Positions 1 through 12,089 of a DNA stretch of 64,000 bases are shown one piece after another. The stretch spans positions 10,540,832 through 10,604,831 of the forward strand of contig NC_057753.1 in the NCBI RefSeq assembly GCF_004010195.1, given 5' to 3'. Source of the stretch: Chiloscyllium plagiosum (Eukaryota). A program made the position numbers and the translations under genes. Below the pieces are notes generated by a model. The model saw nothing but the letters and a program-made list of their open reading frames with translations. It did no database searches and was not told where the DNA came from. Within the stretch, counting starts at the first letter, position 1, and the number at the start of each line of letters is the position of its first letter.

Positions 1-110
1 GAGGGGGGCGCAGGCAGAGAGAGAGGGGGGCGCAGGCAGAGAGAGAGCGGCGGGCGCAGGCAGAGAGAGAGAGGGGGGCGCAGGCAGAGAGAGAGAGAGG
101 TGCGCAGGCT
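1..110. repeat. Minisatellite of GCGCAGGCA units separated by (GA)n and G runs
   Basis: About five ~22-28 bp units of gagagggggg-cgcaggca-gagaga visible directly. Confidence 0.9.
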
Positions 111-615
111 CCCTCGCTTACTAACAATGGAAGTTTCAGATCAACATTCTGTTGTAAAAATTAAGTTACAAAAATTAATATCCTATTCTTAATATCTGTG
201 TCTTTGGATTCGGCCATCATTGATGCATTAGCATTGATGCATTTTGTTACCAAATAACTTTTAATGCAGCTGCAGTCATTTCACGGCGTATAGTATTGTG
301 AATGAGCAATGACTGGTCAGAACCATTTAGGGAACTTAATCTGGGATTTAAATTAAGGGACTGAAACCAGGTTATTAGAATTGATTTCAGCGTTGGAAAC
401 TGTGTACATTTTACATTTAAAATTGAATTTTCGATAAATGAATTTCCAGTCTTAGTCTTAGCCACTTGTTCATTTCCACCTCTGAATGAGAGATAATGAT
501 TATATTAGCCCTGAATCACAAAATCAGAATGAATTGGTAGGATCGCTTGGTTTTATCCCTTTACACATTGTCAGTGACCGGCGTCATTGCCTCACAGTTA
601 CTTTGAAGCCGATAG

Positions 616-921
616 TAGATTAGATTACTTACAGTGTGGAAACAGGCCCTTCGGCCCAACAAGTCCACACCGACCCGCCGAAGCGAAACCCACCCAGACC
701 CATTCCCCTACACCTAACACTACGGGCAATTTAGTATGGCCAATTCACCTGACCTGCACATCTTTAGACTGTGGGAGGAAACCGGAGCACCCGGAGGAAA
801 CCCAAGCAGACTCAGGGAGAATGTGCAAACTCCACACAGTCAGTCACCTGAGGCGGGAATTGAACCCGGGTCTCTGGCGCTGTGAAGCAGCAGTGCTAAC
901 CACTGTGCCACCGTGCCGCCC
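616..921 (-). mobile_element. HE1-type tRNA-derived SINE, full length
   Basis: Minus strand begins GGGCGGCACGGTGGCACAGTGGTTAGCAC with B box GGTTCAATTCC and ends in a (TAATC)n tail; possible TSD ATAGTA at 612-617 and 924-929. Confidence 0.9.
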
Positions 922-1959
922 ACATAGTACTGGCCACTTGGAGGAATTCTGCATGTGATAGCGGGAGAGAGGTATGTGCGGGAGACGGAACTCCCAAAAA
1001 CTGGGAGATGTTCACAACTGACTGTGAATGGGTAAGTGGAAAACAAAGTGAACAGGAGAAATAGTATAAGGCCACTAAGGCTGAGGAATACATTAAAACA
1101 AAAGATTCAAGCAACAACGCTGTAAAATAAAAAGAACTTAGATTTTATTCAGAATCCTGAACCTATATCTGGCATACCAAACCTGTTTGAGGAAGGGGAT
1201 GATACTGATGGGGATGAGGGATGGAGATTTTATTCCAGGATACCCACTGAGCCCCTAACATCTCCTGATAGTCCCCAGCACACACCCCTGATTACAAACT
1301 TTACCTTACTCTGAAGATGAAGGGTCCAGTACGGGTAACCAGCTTCAGAGCTGACATCATTGGGGTGAGAGGCCAGAGCCATCCTAAACCAGGGAGCATC
1401 CTGGGAATCAGAGTAATGTTAATAACCCAAGCTCCTGACCACAAGGAGAAACCAGCTCAACCACAGGACAATACAGATGTGAAGGCAGCAAAATTCTGGG
1501 AGTGGCCTGAATAAAAATGGGTTGTGTTATGAGATTGAAATAAGTGGCCAACTGTCTGATGGAAGTGGTATACAAATGAAAAGTAATCGAGAAGCTGAGT
1601 GCCCTTTGTTTAACCGATGCTTTTGCCATGTATTCCTTCTGATGTCGTCAACATGATCCAGACACACAATATGAACTCGTCCAAGAATTCCCATTCGCTA
1701 TAATGAGGTGAACGGTGGTTTTCTACTGGGATGACCAGAACCAGACTGAACCACAATGCAAGTTACAGGTAAACACCGAATATGTCCAGCGCCCTTACGA
1801 TCCCAAACGCCATGTACCATGGTGACAGGGTTCATTGGGACAAGGATACCCACTGGGGGTGGAATATACCTCAGATGCCCACACAGCGACCCCTGCTGAG
1901 GAACCCTTCCCCGAGGGGACCCTGGAAATGGGGACAGATCAGCCCCAATATTACACTCA

Positions 1960-2995
1960 GGGACAAATGGCTGGCCCTTGCTTTAACTGTGGAAATATGA
2001 CCACTGGGGAGTGATGTGTCCTTAATGTTACCTTGGAACTAACATAGGGATCGACATGCTGGCATCCTAGCAAATGGGAAATCTGCTAATATACACTGAC
2101 TCTCGTTGTGTTCTTGGGCACGATTACGGAGCCTTATGGGAACATAGAGGAGTTTTAACCCCCATGGGACAGCCTAATAGTAATGCTGTTTTGTCCAAGC
2201 AATCTGGCAATTATCAAGATGTTCAGCTCACGCTGAGGCAATGGATACAGTCTCCAAAGGGATGAGCAGATAGTTGCTGCAGCCAAGCAGGTAGCCTTAC
2301 GCCCATTGGATCCCCAGCAAAACCCAGATAGAGACAATATGGTATGCCAGACCTGGGTAAGGTCATAAAATCACAGCGGAGGCCCCCTGCTGAAGAGCAC
2401 AAATTATGGCCTCAAATGGGGTACTCTCTCGATACTCAAACCAAAATGTGTGACCTCTGCTGGACTGGTTTGTGTTCCTTCATTGCTGCTGCCTATTTTA
2501 GTTGATTATGTGCATTATTGGTGGCACCCAGATGAGGAAAAGAGCTGAAGCGTGTTTAATTTGTAAACATACAAGATGAATCTGTAAGAGGGATGCCCTG
2601 TGTTTGTTTGTTAACCACCTCCTTGCGTCGTTCGCCTTTTTCACTTGTCTACAACTTGCTTTTATAGAATCACCTCGCGTACATTGTCATGAATATTGTC
2701 TAATTAAAGTCGATGTATTTAGTAGATGAATCAAAACTATCCCTGACTGAAACTATGACTGAAACAGCTGCCACTATAGTGTTGGACAAGTGGGAAATAT
2801 TTGCATCAGTTAATCAAATCTCTTCAAAGTTTACATTCACCGGTACGCCAATCCTAAGAATTAGGACCGTGGCGTATTGGAGTCGAGGTGGAAAGGCCTA
2901 CTCCTAGTCCGGCTGGTCACTCGTTCAGCAGCCAAGGTCAAGGGGAGGCCCGAATGGACGCACAGGACGCAATGCAAAAGAGCACCATCTCCTGG
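1960..2995 (+). pseudogene. ERV1 gag nucleocapsid and internally deleted pol remnants
   Basis: CFNCGNM-x-HWGVMCP knuckle with 1-nt frameshift at ~1979-2021; RNase H-like IYTDSRCVLGHDYGALWEHRG at 2074; integrase C-terminal RWKG...VKGRPEWTHRTQCK at 2877; protease and RT not visible. Confidence 0.75.
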
Positions 2996-3099
2996 AGGGA
3001 CACCAGAAGACCCCGTCAGAGACACATCTTTCGCCTTCATCCGTGAATGGCTCAGCCTGATCATTCTGCCTTTCACTGCACTCTTCCTTATCTTTCTTT

Positions 3100-4420
3100 C
3101 ACTAACTACGTTTGATTCGGACACAATGGTTTGCCTGATGACCTGAAGTAAACGGGAATTACAGTGTAATACATTTTTTTAACATGACATACCTTTATGC
3201 AGAAAAGGACAACTGCTCTAGCTATTGGGTTTGTGACCATATTCCCATCCACTCCAAGGAAGGGATCCCCCTGAGATCCATACCTTTTAATGACTCTGAC
3301 ACTGCTGAATGGTGGCTCCATCAGTGTCGTTCTGCTGCTGTCACAAATTTTCACATCTCTCTAGTCTCCTTAAGTTGGTGGGTATCGCAAACTCTGACAG
3401 AAATAACAACTGCCTCCGCTGGCAATCAGCGGGATATAAGATGGACACATTTAAAGGTTGGATCCAGCCTCAATACAATCCCTCAAGTACACCCCCCCCC
3501 CCCCCCCCCCCCTTCCTCACCAATCTCATAGCCATGACTACACCTCTAGGAAGCATTTACATCAAGAGCAAGCATCCCTCAGGATGGCAGGCTGGTTTTC
3601 AGTAAGTGGCTGTACTCCCTGCTCATTACTTCAACTGCTTACCGGTACACTGTGGACGGGAGCATATTTAACCTCAGGGTTCCCAACAAGACCGCCATCC
3701 ATTCTTCGTTTCCCATCTTTTGGACTGGAGCCCAAAGCAATCATTTGTTGCCCTTCGACGGCACTGATTTCATTTGTGGCCATATGGCCTACCCCTGGCT
3801 GCCTACCTCCTGGACTGGCAGCTGGTATTTAGGTTATGTTGTCCCTTTCCTTTACCACTCCCACACTACGCCTTTCGAGCCTTCCAAACCCTGCATCAAG
3901 AGGACCCTCACAACTTTTCAGTGCCTTTTATCTACCTTCTCCCCTCCCTATGCTAACCTCCAGCTTAGGTTGAGGTTCGGCGAATTGCTACCACTCTGGA
4001 AGAGATTGCCAATGCCACATCTTCAGCCTTTGACCTGCTCAATGCAGGGATGGTCACTGTCCGCACCATTACTCTCCAAAACCACATGGCCCTCGACTAC
4101 CTGTTAGCCGAGAAAGGAGGCACTTGTATCCTTATCAGCTCTGACTGCTGTGCCTGCATCCCTGACTCCATGAGAACATTACTATCATTGCCGCCCACAT
4201 TCGCAAGATGGCCTCCTCCCTCCATGACACTACTTCCCGTTGGGACCTTTGGACATGGATGGGTGGCTGCTTGGCTCGTGGGCTTCTGGCCTCCTCCAGG
4301 GCCTTGTGCTTCTCATTTCTGGTTTTGTTCTGCGAGCACTTACCATTATTTTCCTGAAACAGTGCTGTGCCCGTTTCGGCTGCCTTCCGATGCCGAATAT
4401 CCCAGCATCTTTCCAACTTG
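3100..4420 (+). pseudogene. env: ERV1 env (gamma-type), frameshifted
   Basis: SU YWVC (CxxC-derived) and FICGHMAYPWLPTSWTGSWYLG; furin-like CIKR; immunosuppressive domain LQNHMALDYLLAEKGGTC followed by CX6CC (CILISSDCC); hydrophobic TM at ~4270-4360. Confidence 0.9.
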
Positions 4421-4614
4421 TGTGGCTTCCCTTTTCTGACATTCCCCCACCAATTCCCACTCTCTCGATCCTGGTGACCCTGACTGTGACAGTTTCCTGG
4501 GCGACTCACCACCACCACCACCTGACAAACCCCCCTGGGTTCGGCTACGTCCTTCCTTTTGCCGGTTTCTCTGAACTGCCCTCCTGATTTGGTGAAAAGA
4601 AATAAGGAAGGAAT

Positions 4615-5135
4615 TGTGGGAGCATTCTTAGATTCTGGCCAGCCATTTTGTCACATATTAAAAGCCTGAAAAACATTTTGAATTTTATCTTAGTGCCTGC
4701 TTGCTAAAGCTTGTGTTTCCCAGGTTACGATTGTGTTTCCCAGGATCAGTGGAGATAGTTGGCCTTGCAGCTGTACTAATACATGATAAACAAATTCTTT
4801 CCTTGCATGGGAATATCCTTTTCTTTGCAAGGACTTATTGTATACTTATCAGCTACTGACCAACACTGTCCAGACATTACTTGACTGAAGCTAGTCACTG
4901 GGCAAAGTGCCTGAGTTTGCTCATTATCCTGCAATTAACAGTTTGCTAATTGTTAAACAATTGTAACCTATATAATCACACAACTCTCTGTATCTCGTCG
5001 GAGTGACTTGTGACCATTAGGTCAACTTGTCTCTCCCCTTGAGCTGACGAATAAACAGTCAATGTTTCTGTGGCACGATTACTTATCTAAGTTGGACGAG
5101 CAAGTCACCCACTGCAAAATTTATTTCCATTCACA
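4615..5135 (+). repeat. ERV1 3' LTR
   Basis: Follows purine tract AAAAGAAATAAGGAAGGAA; TGTG...CACA termini; TATATAA at 4969; AATAAA at 5050. Confidence 0.8.
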
Positions 5136-5179
5136 ACATGGATCAAGAGGCAATCCTTTGTGCCAGACAAGTAAATGTG

Positions 5180-5355
5180 TCATAGAGTCATAGAGATGTA
5201 CAGCATGGAAACAGAACCTTTGGTCCAACCCGTCCATGCCGACCAGATATCCCAACCAAATCTAGTCCCACCTGCCAGCACCTGGCCCATATCTCTCCAA
5301 ACCCTTCCTATTCATATATCCATCCAAATGGTTCTTAAATGTTGTAATTGTACTG
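5180..5355 (-). mobile_element. CR1/HER1-type LINE 3' end fragment
   Basis: (CATAGAGT)n tail and 3' UTR near-identical to the longer copy starting at 40755. Confidence 0.85.
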
Positions 5356-5519
5356 AAAGCAACACTACAGGTGTTTAACTCTAAGCTCTATTTCCAACTC
5401 AGTGTCAGTACATCGCTCTGTCCTCAAATAAGAACGGAATCAAAGCACTACATCTGTCCCACCTGAACGTTGAGTTTGCAGATTCCAATTCTCTGTTTTG
5501 ATAATTTATTAAATGTTAC

Positions 5520-6110
5520 TCATAGCACATGGGTGTCATTGACTGGCCAGCATTTAGTTCCCCTGGCGAAGTTGGTGGTGACCTGCCTTCTTCAACTGCT
5601 GTGGTCCACACACTGTACGGTGACCCACAATGCCCTTAGGAAGGGAATTCCAGGATTTAGACCCAGTGACACTGAAGGAACAGTAATATGTTTCCAAGTC
5701 AAGATGGTGAATGGCTTGAAAGGGTACTTGCAAGAGGTAGGGTTCCCAAGTATTTGTTGTCCTGGTCTTTCCAGATGGAAGTGGTTGTTGGTTTGGAAGG
5801 TGTTTTCTAAGGATCTTTGGTGAATTTCTGTGGTGCATCTTGTAGATTGTACACACTACAGCTTCTGAACAGTGGGGCAGAGGGAGTGAATGTGAGTGGA
5901 GTTGGTGCCAATCAAGCGGGTGACTTTGTACTGGATGGTATCAAGCTTTCTGAATGCTGTTGAAGTTGCACCCATCCAAGCTAGTGGGTCAGAATTCCAT
6001 TTCACTGCTGACCTGTGCCTTGTAGAAGATAGACAGGTTTTGGGGAGTCAGGAGGTGAGTTATTCCTGACTTGTGACCTACTCTTGTAGCCATTGTGCAT
6101 ATGTAGTTAC
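5520..6110 (-). mobile_element. Non-LTR retrotransposon (CR1/L2 group) ORF2 C-terminal fragment
   Basis: ORF 5554-5856 ends FSVTGSKSWNSLP...LKKAGHHQL, resembling CR1/L2-group ORF2 ends. Confidence 0.6.
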
Positions 6111-6116
6111 TCTAGT

Positions 6117-7180
6117 TGGCACAGTGGTTAGCACTGCTGCCTCACACCGCCAGAGACCCGGGTTCAATTCCCGCCTCAGGCGACTGACTGTGTGGGGTTT
6201 ACAGAAGGGGACGTGCTAAATGTCTTGAAATGCATAAAGGATAAGTCCCCAGGACTTGATTATGTGTACCTTAGAACTTTGTGGGAAGCTAGGGAAGTGA
6301 TTGCTGAGCCTCTTGCTGAGATATTTTTATCATCGATAGTCACAGGTGAGGTGCCAGAAGACTGGAGGTTGACTCACGTGGTGCCACTATTTAATAAGGA
6401 TAAGCCAGGGACCTATGGAACGGTGAGCCTGACGTCAATGAAGGGCAAGGTTTTGGAGGGAATCCTGAGAGACAGGATGTACATATATTTGGAAAGGCAA
6501 GGACTGATTAGGGATAGTCAACATGGTTTCATGCATGGGAAATCATGTCTCACAAACTTAATCGAGTTTTTTGAAGAAGTAACAAAGAGGATTGATGAGG
6601 GTAGAGCGGTGGATGTGATCTATATGGAGTTTAGTAAGGTGTTCAAAGTTAGATCTCATGGAACACAAGGAGAACCAGCCATTTGGATACAGAACTATCT
6701 CGAAGATAGAAGACAGAGGGTGGTGGTTGAGGGTAGATTTTCAGACTGGAGACATGTGACCAGTGGAGTGCCACAAGGATCGGTGATGGGTCCACTACTT
6801 TTCGTTATTTACATAAATTATTTTGATGTGAATATAGGCGGTATAGTTAGTAAGCTTGCAGATGACACCAAAATTGGAGATGTAGTGGACAGCGAGGAAG
6901 GTTATCTCAGATTTGCAGAAGGATGTTGTGAAACTTGAAAGGGTTCAGAAAAGATTTACAAGGATGTTGGCACGGGTGGAGAGTTTGAGCTACAGGTGGA
7001 GGTTGAATAAGATGGAGCTGTTTTCTCTGGAGTGTCAGAGGCTGAGGGGTGGTGACTTTATCAAGGTTTATAAAATCATGAGGGGTATGGATGGGATAAT
7101 TTAGACAAAGTCTTTTCCCTGGGGCAGGTGAGTCCAGAACTAGAGGACATTAGTTTTAAGTGAGAGGGCAAAGATATAAA
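6117..7180 (+). mobile_element. SINE head (6117-6200) joined to a 5'-truncated CR1 RT fragment
   Basis: tRNA-like head followed directly by CR1 RT motifs SQHGF, GKSCLTNL, SGVPQGSVMGPLLF, ADDTK; internal deletion near 6912. Confidence 0.85.
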
Positions 7181-7237
7181 ATCCCCTATCTTAACCAACT
7201 TTTTATTCTTACCGATAACTCAAATTTCCTTTTTTTA

Positions 7238-7510
7238 AGATTAGATTCTCTACAGTGTGGAAACAGGCCCTTCGGCCCAACCAGTCCACACCGACCCACC
7301 AAGACCCATTTCCCCTCTGACTAATGCACTGAACACCATGGGCAATTTAGCATGGCCAATTTACCTGATATGCACATCTTTGGACTGTGGGAGGAAACCC
7401 ACGCAGACACAGGGAGAATGTGCAAACTCCACACAGACAGTCACCTGAGGCTGAATCAAACCTGGGACCCTAGTACTGCAAGGCAGCAGTGCTAACCACT
7501 AAGCCACTGT
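7238..7510 (-). mobile_element. HE1-type SINE
   Basis: Same family as 616-921. Confidence 0.85.
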
Positions 7511-7564
7511 GTTTCTCAATTTCCAGCTGACTCTTCAGGGATCTATAATACAATCCCAATATTT

Positions 7565-7885
7565 GGGGCGGCACGGTGCCTCAGTGGTTAGCACTACTGT
7601 CTCACAGCACCAGGGTCCCAGGTTCGATTCCAGCCTCAGGCAGACTGTCTGTGTGGCGTTTGCACCTTCTCCCCACCTTCTGTGTGGGTTTCCTCCGGGC
7701 GCTCCAGTTCCCTCCCACAGTCCAAAGATGTGCAAATCAGGTGAATTGACCATGCCAAATTGCCCATAGTGTTAGGTGTATTAGTCAGAGGGAAATGGGT
7801 CTGGGTGGGTTACTCTTCGGAGGGTCGGTGTGCACTTGTTGGGCCGAAGGGCCTGTTCCCACACTGTAGGGAATCTAATCGAATC
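7565..7885 (+). mobile_element. HE1-type SINE
   Basis: GGGGCGGCACGG head with A/B boxes and AATCTAATC tail. Confidence 0.85.
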
Positions 7886-10229
7886 TTATTTGTCAGTTCC
7901 ACCCAAATAACTTCGCTGGGTGAATTTCCAGGAATATCCTCCTTGGGTACAGCTGTAATACCATCCCTTATCAGAAATGCCATTCCCCCTCCTCTCTTGG
8001 ATGGGGTTGGGGGTAGGACCGGGTTGGTGGGGTGGTGCTGGAAGGGGAGGTGCAGAGGGGCGGTGAAGGACGAGGGTGGGGGTTGCAGGCAGAGGAGCTG
8101 CGATGTTGGGGGCGGGGTCTCATGCGTTGTGAGCTGCTGCTACTCTCCTGAACAGAGAGTAGACTTTAAAACTCCAAGCCCCAGAGGAAAAACATTTAAT
8201 TGATTTTTCAAACAATCGATTATCCAAACAAAATAGTGCCCACCCATCTGATTCAGATAATCAAGTTTCCACTGTAGCCACAGAAGACTCCTGTACTACC
8301 TGTTTATCTCTCCTACCTTTCCCGGGGTTACCCCATCTACCTGACTGTATCTGTGGCTTTTCTCCCTTCCTATAACTGCCATCCATCACACCCCTTAGCT
8401 CTTGTAAATTCCTCATTGCCTCTAACTGTCACTCCAACTGATCCATTTGATCTGATAGGATTCGCAACCAAGGACGATTCCTGCAGACATAATCCTCAGT
8501 AAAATGGAAACTCCTCTAATCTCCCACATCCAACAGGCATATAACTATACTAAATGCCATCTTTGCTCATTCAAAATCTACAGACCCAGAAAAAGTGCTC
8601 CGGGCTAAGTTCGCATTTATCATTTATATTTTTAAACTTTAGTCAAGATTCAGATTTCAATAAAACATATAATCAAGAAAGAACCCACTCTACTCACTTC
8701 TGTAGACTTACAGTAAGGTTACACGTTAAAAACTATGCAATTATCTGTTCCTGTGCTGTGAGCTCTCCCAGACAGGCTCCCCCAAGATCAGCTGTGAATT
8801 TTACTGTTTGTTCATTTTTCTGAGACGCACCCCAATGTCCAGAGATACATGGATTCAAACAGCAAAGCCAGTAACTGCGCAGATTCATTGCTGTGTCAGT
8901 TAGCAGTGTGGGTTTCTTTCTCTCTCCCTCACTGAACGTATGCTCGCTGCTTTTGTCTGTCTTGCTCCCTTTTAAAAGTGCTGTTGTTTTGACTTTGTTT
9001 TTCTCCAAAGTTCCAAAACAATGCAACAGCGTAAAAACCAGTAATTGCCTGGAATTCAAGGAATTTGCCTCCAACACCCAAAATACCTCAAAAAAGCTCT
9101 TGCAGCCACAATGTTTTCCCATCCTCCATCTTGGATGAATTCTTGGTGAACATTCCCACCTCTCAGGTTAGCTATTTAAATCATCTGCTTTTCTATTTTT
9201 GCTACCAAAGTGGATAACCTCACATTTATCCACACTAAACTGCACCTGCCATACATTTACCCACTCACTCAGCCTGTCCAAATAACATTGCATCCTCCCC
9301 ACAGCTCACCCTTTCACCCAGCTTTATGTCATCTGCAATTTGTGATACATTCCAATTAGTTCTCTCATCTAAGTCACTGACATATACTGTGAATACCTGG
9401 GGTCCTCGTCCCAATCCCTGCAGCTCCCCAGTCATGAATTATTATAAAACATCGATCTGACTGACCATACAAAATAGCAGATGTTAGTCTGATGTTCATA
9501 GCTGACTGAGATCCGATGAGCAATTATGAACCACTGAATTACTAAAGCACAGAAGCAGGCCATTCAGCCCATTGTGTCTGTGCAGTTCTCTGAATAAGCT
9601 TTCTGACCATGTGCTATTTCCCCGACATTTCCTTGGAAGCTTGTACATTGCTTGTCATCAAATAATTATCCAATGCCTTTAATTGAAACTGCTTAAACCA
9701 CTGTTTGTCATCAAATAATTATCCAATGCCTTTAATTGAACCTGCTTAAACCACTGTTCCATGCAATGTCTTCCGGATCTAGTTACTCACTGTGTGAAAT
9801 TTCTTTTTCACATATCATTTTCTTCCTTGTCATGTATTTGAAACCTGCGTCCTTATTCTTGATGCTTTCACCATGGTGAACAGTTTCTCACACTCTGTTC
9901 TGAGTAGACCCCTCATGACTTTCAAAACTTTTTAAAAATCTTCTCTCAGCCTTCTCCAATCTAACTTTAGGGCTGAAATTTCTCACTGTTAGAACTGTTC
10001 AGGTGAAGGTGGTTTCCCTCAACTTCCCAGTGTTCCTTCTCTCCAGCTGAAACTAACTTTCAGTCATTTGATGGTCCATTCTGGTTGCTGAGACTCTTCA
10101 TATTGATCGATCCACTCCAATTAAACATTGGGAAGAATGAAGCTGCTGTTTCCAATCTCTGTACCAATCTTCATTCCTGAGCGACTGCTTCCATCCCCCT
10201 TTCCCTTGTAACTCTAGGCTATTTGCAAC

Positions 10230-10720
10230 TTGCTGCATTGGATGTTGAAAGGAGCTTCTGTTCTGTGCCAGCGCGAAGCCACCTGTATCCACCTCTGTCA
10301 TCTCATTCGAGCCTGTCCCATTCTCAAAGTAGCTGCTGCTGCTGGAATCATCTTTAGTCCTTTCCTTCACTCCAGGCTGGATTACTTCAATGCTGGACTC
10401 AATGATTTTACACATTCGCCCCTCTGTAATCTTGAAATCATCTAAAACTTTATTGTTTCATTTGCAACAATTCTCATTCCGCTGTGACTCATGTGTTTGC
10501 TGACCTGTACTGGCACCCATTCAAGCAACATCCAATGTTTAAAATGCTCATCTTAGTCTTCAAATCCTTCGAGTGGTTTCTCCCACCTTTATCTCTGTAA
10601 TCTCCCTATGCTGAGATGTGTGGGCTGCTTCACATTTCCCATTTTCATTTCTCCATCGTTGGTAGCTGCACCTTCAGTTGCCTCAGCCATAAGGCCTGGA
10701 ATTCCTTCCATGTGAGTTAC
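10230..10720 (+). mobile_element. Old L2-type LINE ORF2 C-terminal fragment
   Basis: Decayed SRLDYFNA...LEII and FADLYWHP...FKMLILVFKS motifs typical of L2. Confidence 0.65.
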
Positions 10721-11354
10721 CTCCTGGAAATGCTGCAATCCATATGCCTGAAGTACACCCACTCTACTATTCCAGGATTCTGGTCCAACATGTTGAAAAA
10801 CAGCAAACTATTTCTAAATCTGGATGGTGAGTGGCTTGGAGGAGAACTTGCAGGTAATGGTCTCCTATGTAACTACTGCTCTTGCCCTTCTTAATGGTAC
10901 TAGTTTGAAAGGAGCTATCTAATGAAGCTTGGTAAATTTCTGCAAAGCATACTGTACGTGGTACACACTTGCGACTAAACATTAGAGTGAATGCTGGTTA
11001 TTGATGCAAGATAATCCTAATTATTGAAGAAATCAATTCCTCCCAAAAAGAAGCATAGATCTTCCTTTTGCTGGCATTTTTTTGCAGGAGCAATCCAGCC
11101 TCTGAGAGCAGTCCATTCGGCCAAGCCTGCCAATACCAAAGAAACAACTAAGCATCGAAAGGGATGGCCCCTCGACATCACTGTGAGCCCCACAGCAACC
11201 ATTGTTACCTGGGCAGTCATGCATTCAAAACCTGGTCTCTCAACATCACTAGTACCGGCCCACAGTTTAGAAAACTGTGAATCTCGCTACGACTATAAAA
11301 AAGGGAACGTGGTTTTAAAGCGGTTGTTGCTGAGTTCAACCCTTTCTGTCCAGT

Positions 11355-11545
11355 AGGAAGTCACTGATGTACTTGGGGTTGGATGACTCAGTGAATCCCT
11401 TCCCACTTGTGGAGCAGGTGTATCACCTCTACCTGATGTGCACGTGGGGAATACATTCCAGGTCAAATAGGGAATTGGATCCCTTCCTACAGCCCGTACA
11501 CACCTCGAGTATCTCCCCGGGGGGAACTATGCTTGTGTGAAACAG
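11355..11545 (-). pseudogene. Highly decayed C2H2 zinc-finger remnant (~2 fingers)
   Basis: Minus-strand translation includes GCRKGSNSLFDLE and HVHIR*R*YTCSTSGKGFTESSN, a ruined finger/linker pattern. Confidence 0.55.
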
Positions 11546-11674
11546 GTCAGATCATTGGCAGATTTAGAATGTTACAACACATAAGGAGGCCATTCAGCCT
11601 ATCGTGTCTATAACAGTTTGTGAAACACACACCCATTTTCCACCCCAAATCCATTATCTGGCAACTGACGAGCG

Positions 11675-11747
11675 TCCTCGGTAGTATCGTGGTTAGTGTC
11701 CCCACCTGTGACTCGGGAGACAGGGAGTTCAATTCCCCGCTGAGGAG
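11675..11747 (+). pseudogene. tRNA-Asp pseudogene (anticodon now reads GTG)
   Basis: TCCTCGGTAGTATCGTGGTTAGTGTCCCCACCTGTGACTCGGGAGACAGGGAGTTCAATTCCCCGCTGAGGAG aligns to the vertebrate tRNA-Asp(GTC) body; anticodon and acceptor stems mismatched; T5 run at 11757-11761. Confidence 0.85.
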
Positions 11748-12089
11748 GATTTGATGTTTTTAAGGGCATCTTGTCACACAGAGATAGTGACCTAACCCCG
11801 GATTGGGTTCAAGCCCTGCCTGCTCCAGAGTTCATAAGTTCATAAGACGTAGGAGCAGAAATGAGGCCATTCAGCCGATCGAGTCATCTTCCAAGGGACT
11901 AACATTTTCCTGAGCGATTCCGTTCCATTTCGCACACTAATAGAAGCTTTTGGTATTTTTGATATTTTTTGCTAGGTTCCTTTTGTAACTTACCTTGCCT
12001 ACTTTTATTCATTTTATTAGTATCCCTTTATGTATGCGTGAAAGTTTCTTTGAAAAACTATGTTCAAACTTCAGAGAAGCCCACCTTGC

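Larger units (their letters stand above)
930..5135 (+). mobile_element. Decayed endogenous retrovirus 1 (gamma/epsilon-like); gag, pol and env remnants plus 3' LTR, no 5' LTR seen
   Basis: Ordered remnants: Zn knuckle, RNase H, integrase C-terminus, env, polypurine tract, LTR. Confidence 0.85.
7180..9130 (-). mobile_element. Fragmented 5' part of a CR1 LINE (ORF1 N-terminus and APE endonuclease), interrupted by SINEs
   Basis: Minus-strand KRGGGMAFLIRDGIT...SEVIWVELTNK (~7890-8000) and ORF1-like CWMWEIR...EDYVCR...LSDQMDQLE (~8400-8540). Confidence 0.7.

Noticed and set aside
11000..11356. 110-aa ORF and overlapping minus-strand ORFs
   Set aside because: No recognisable domain; length compatible with chance
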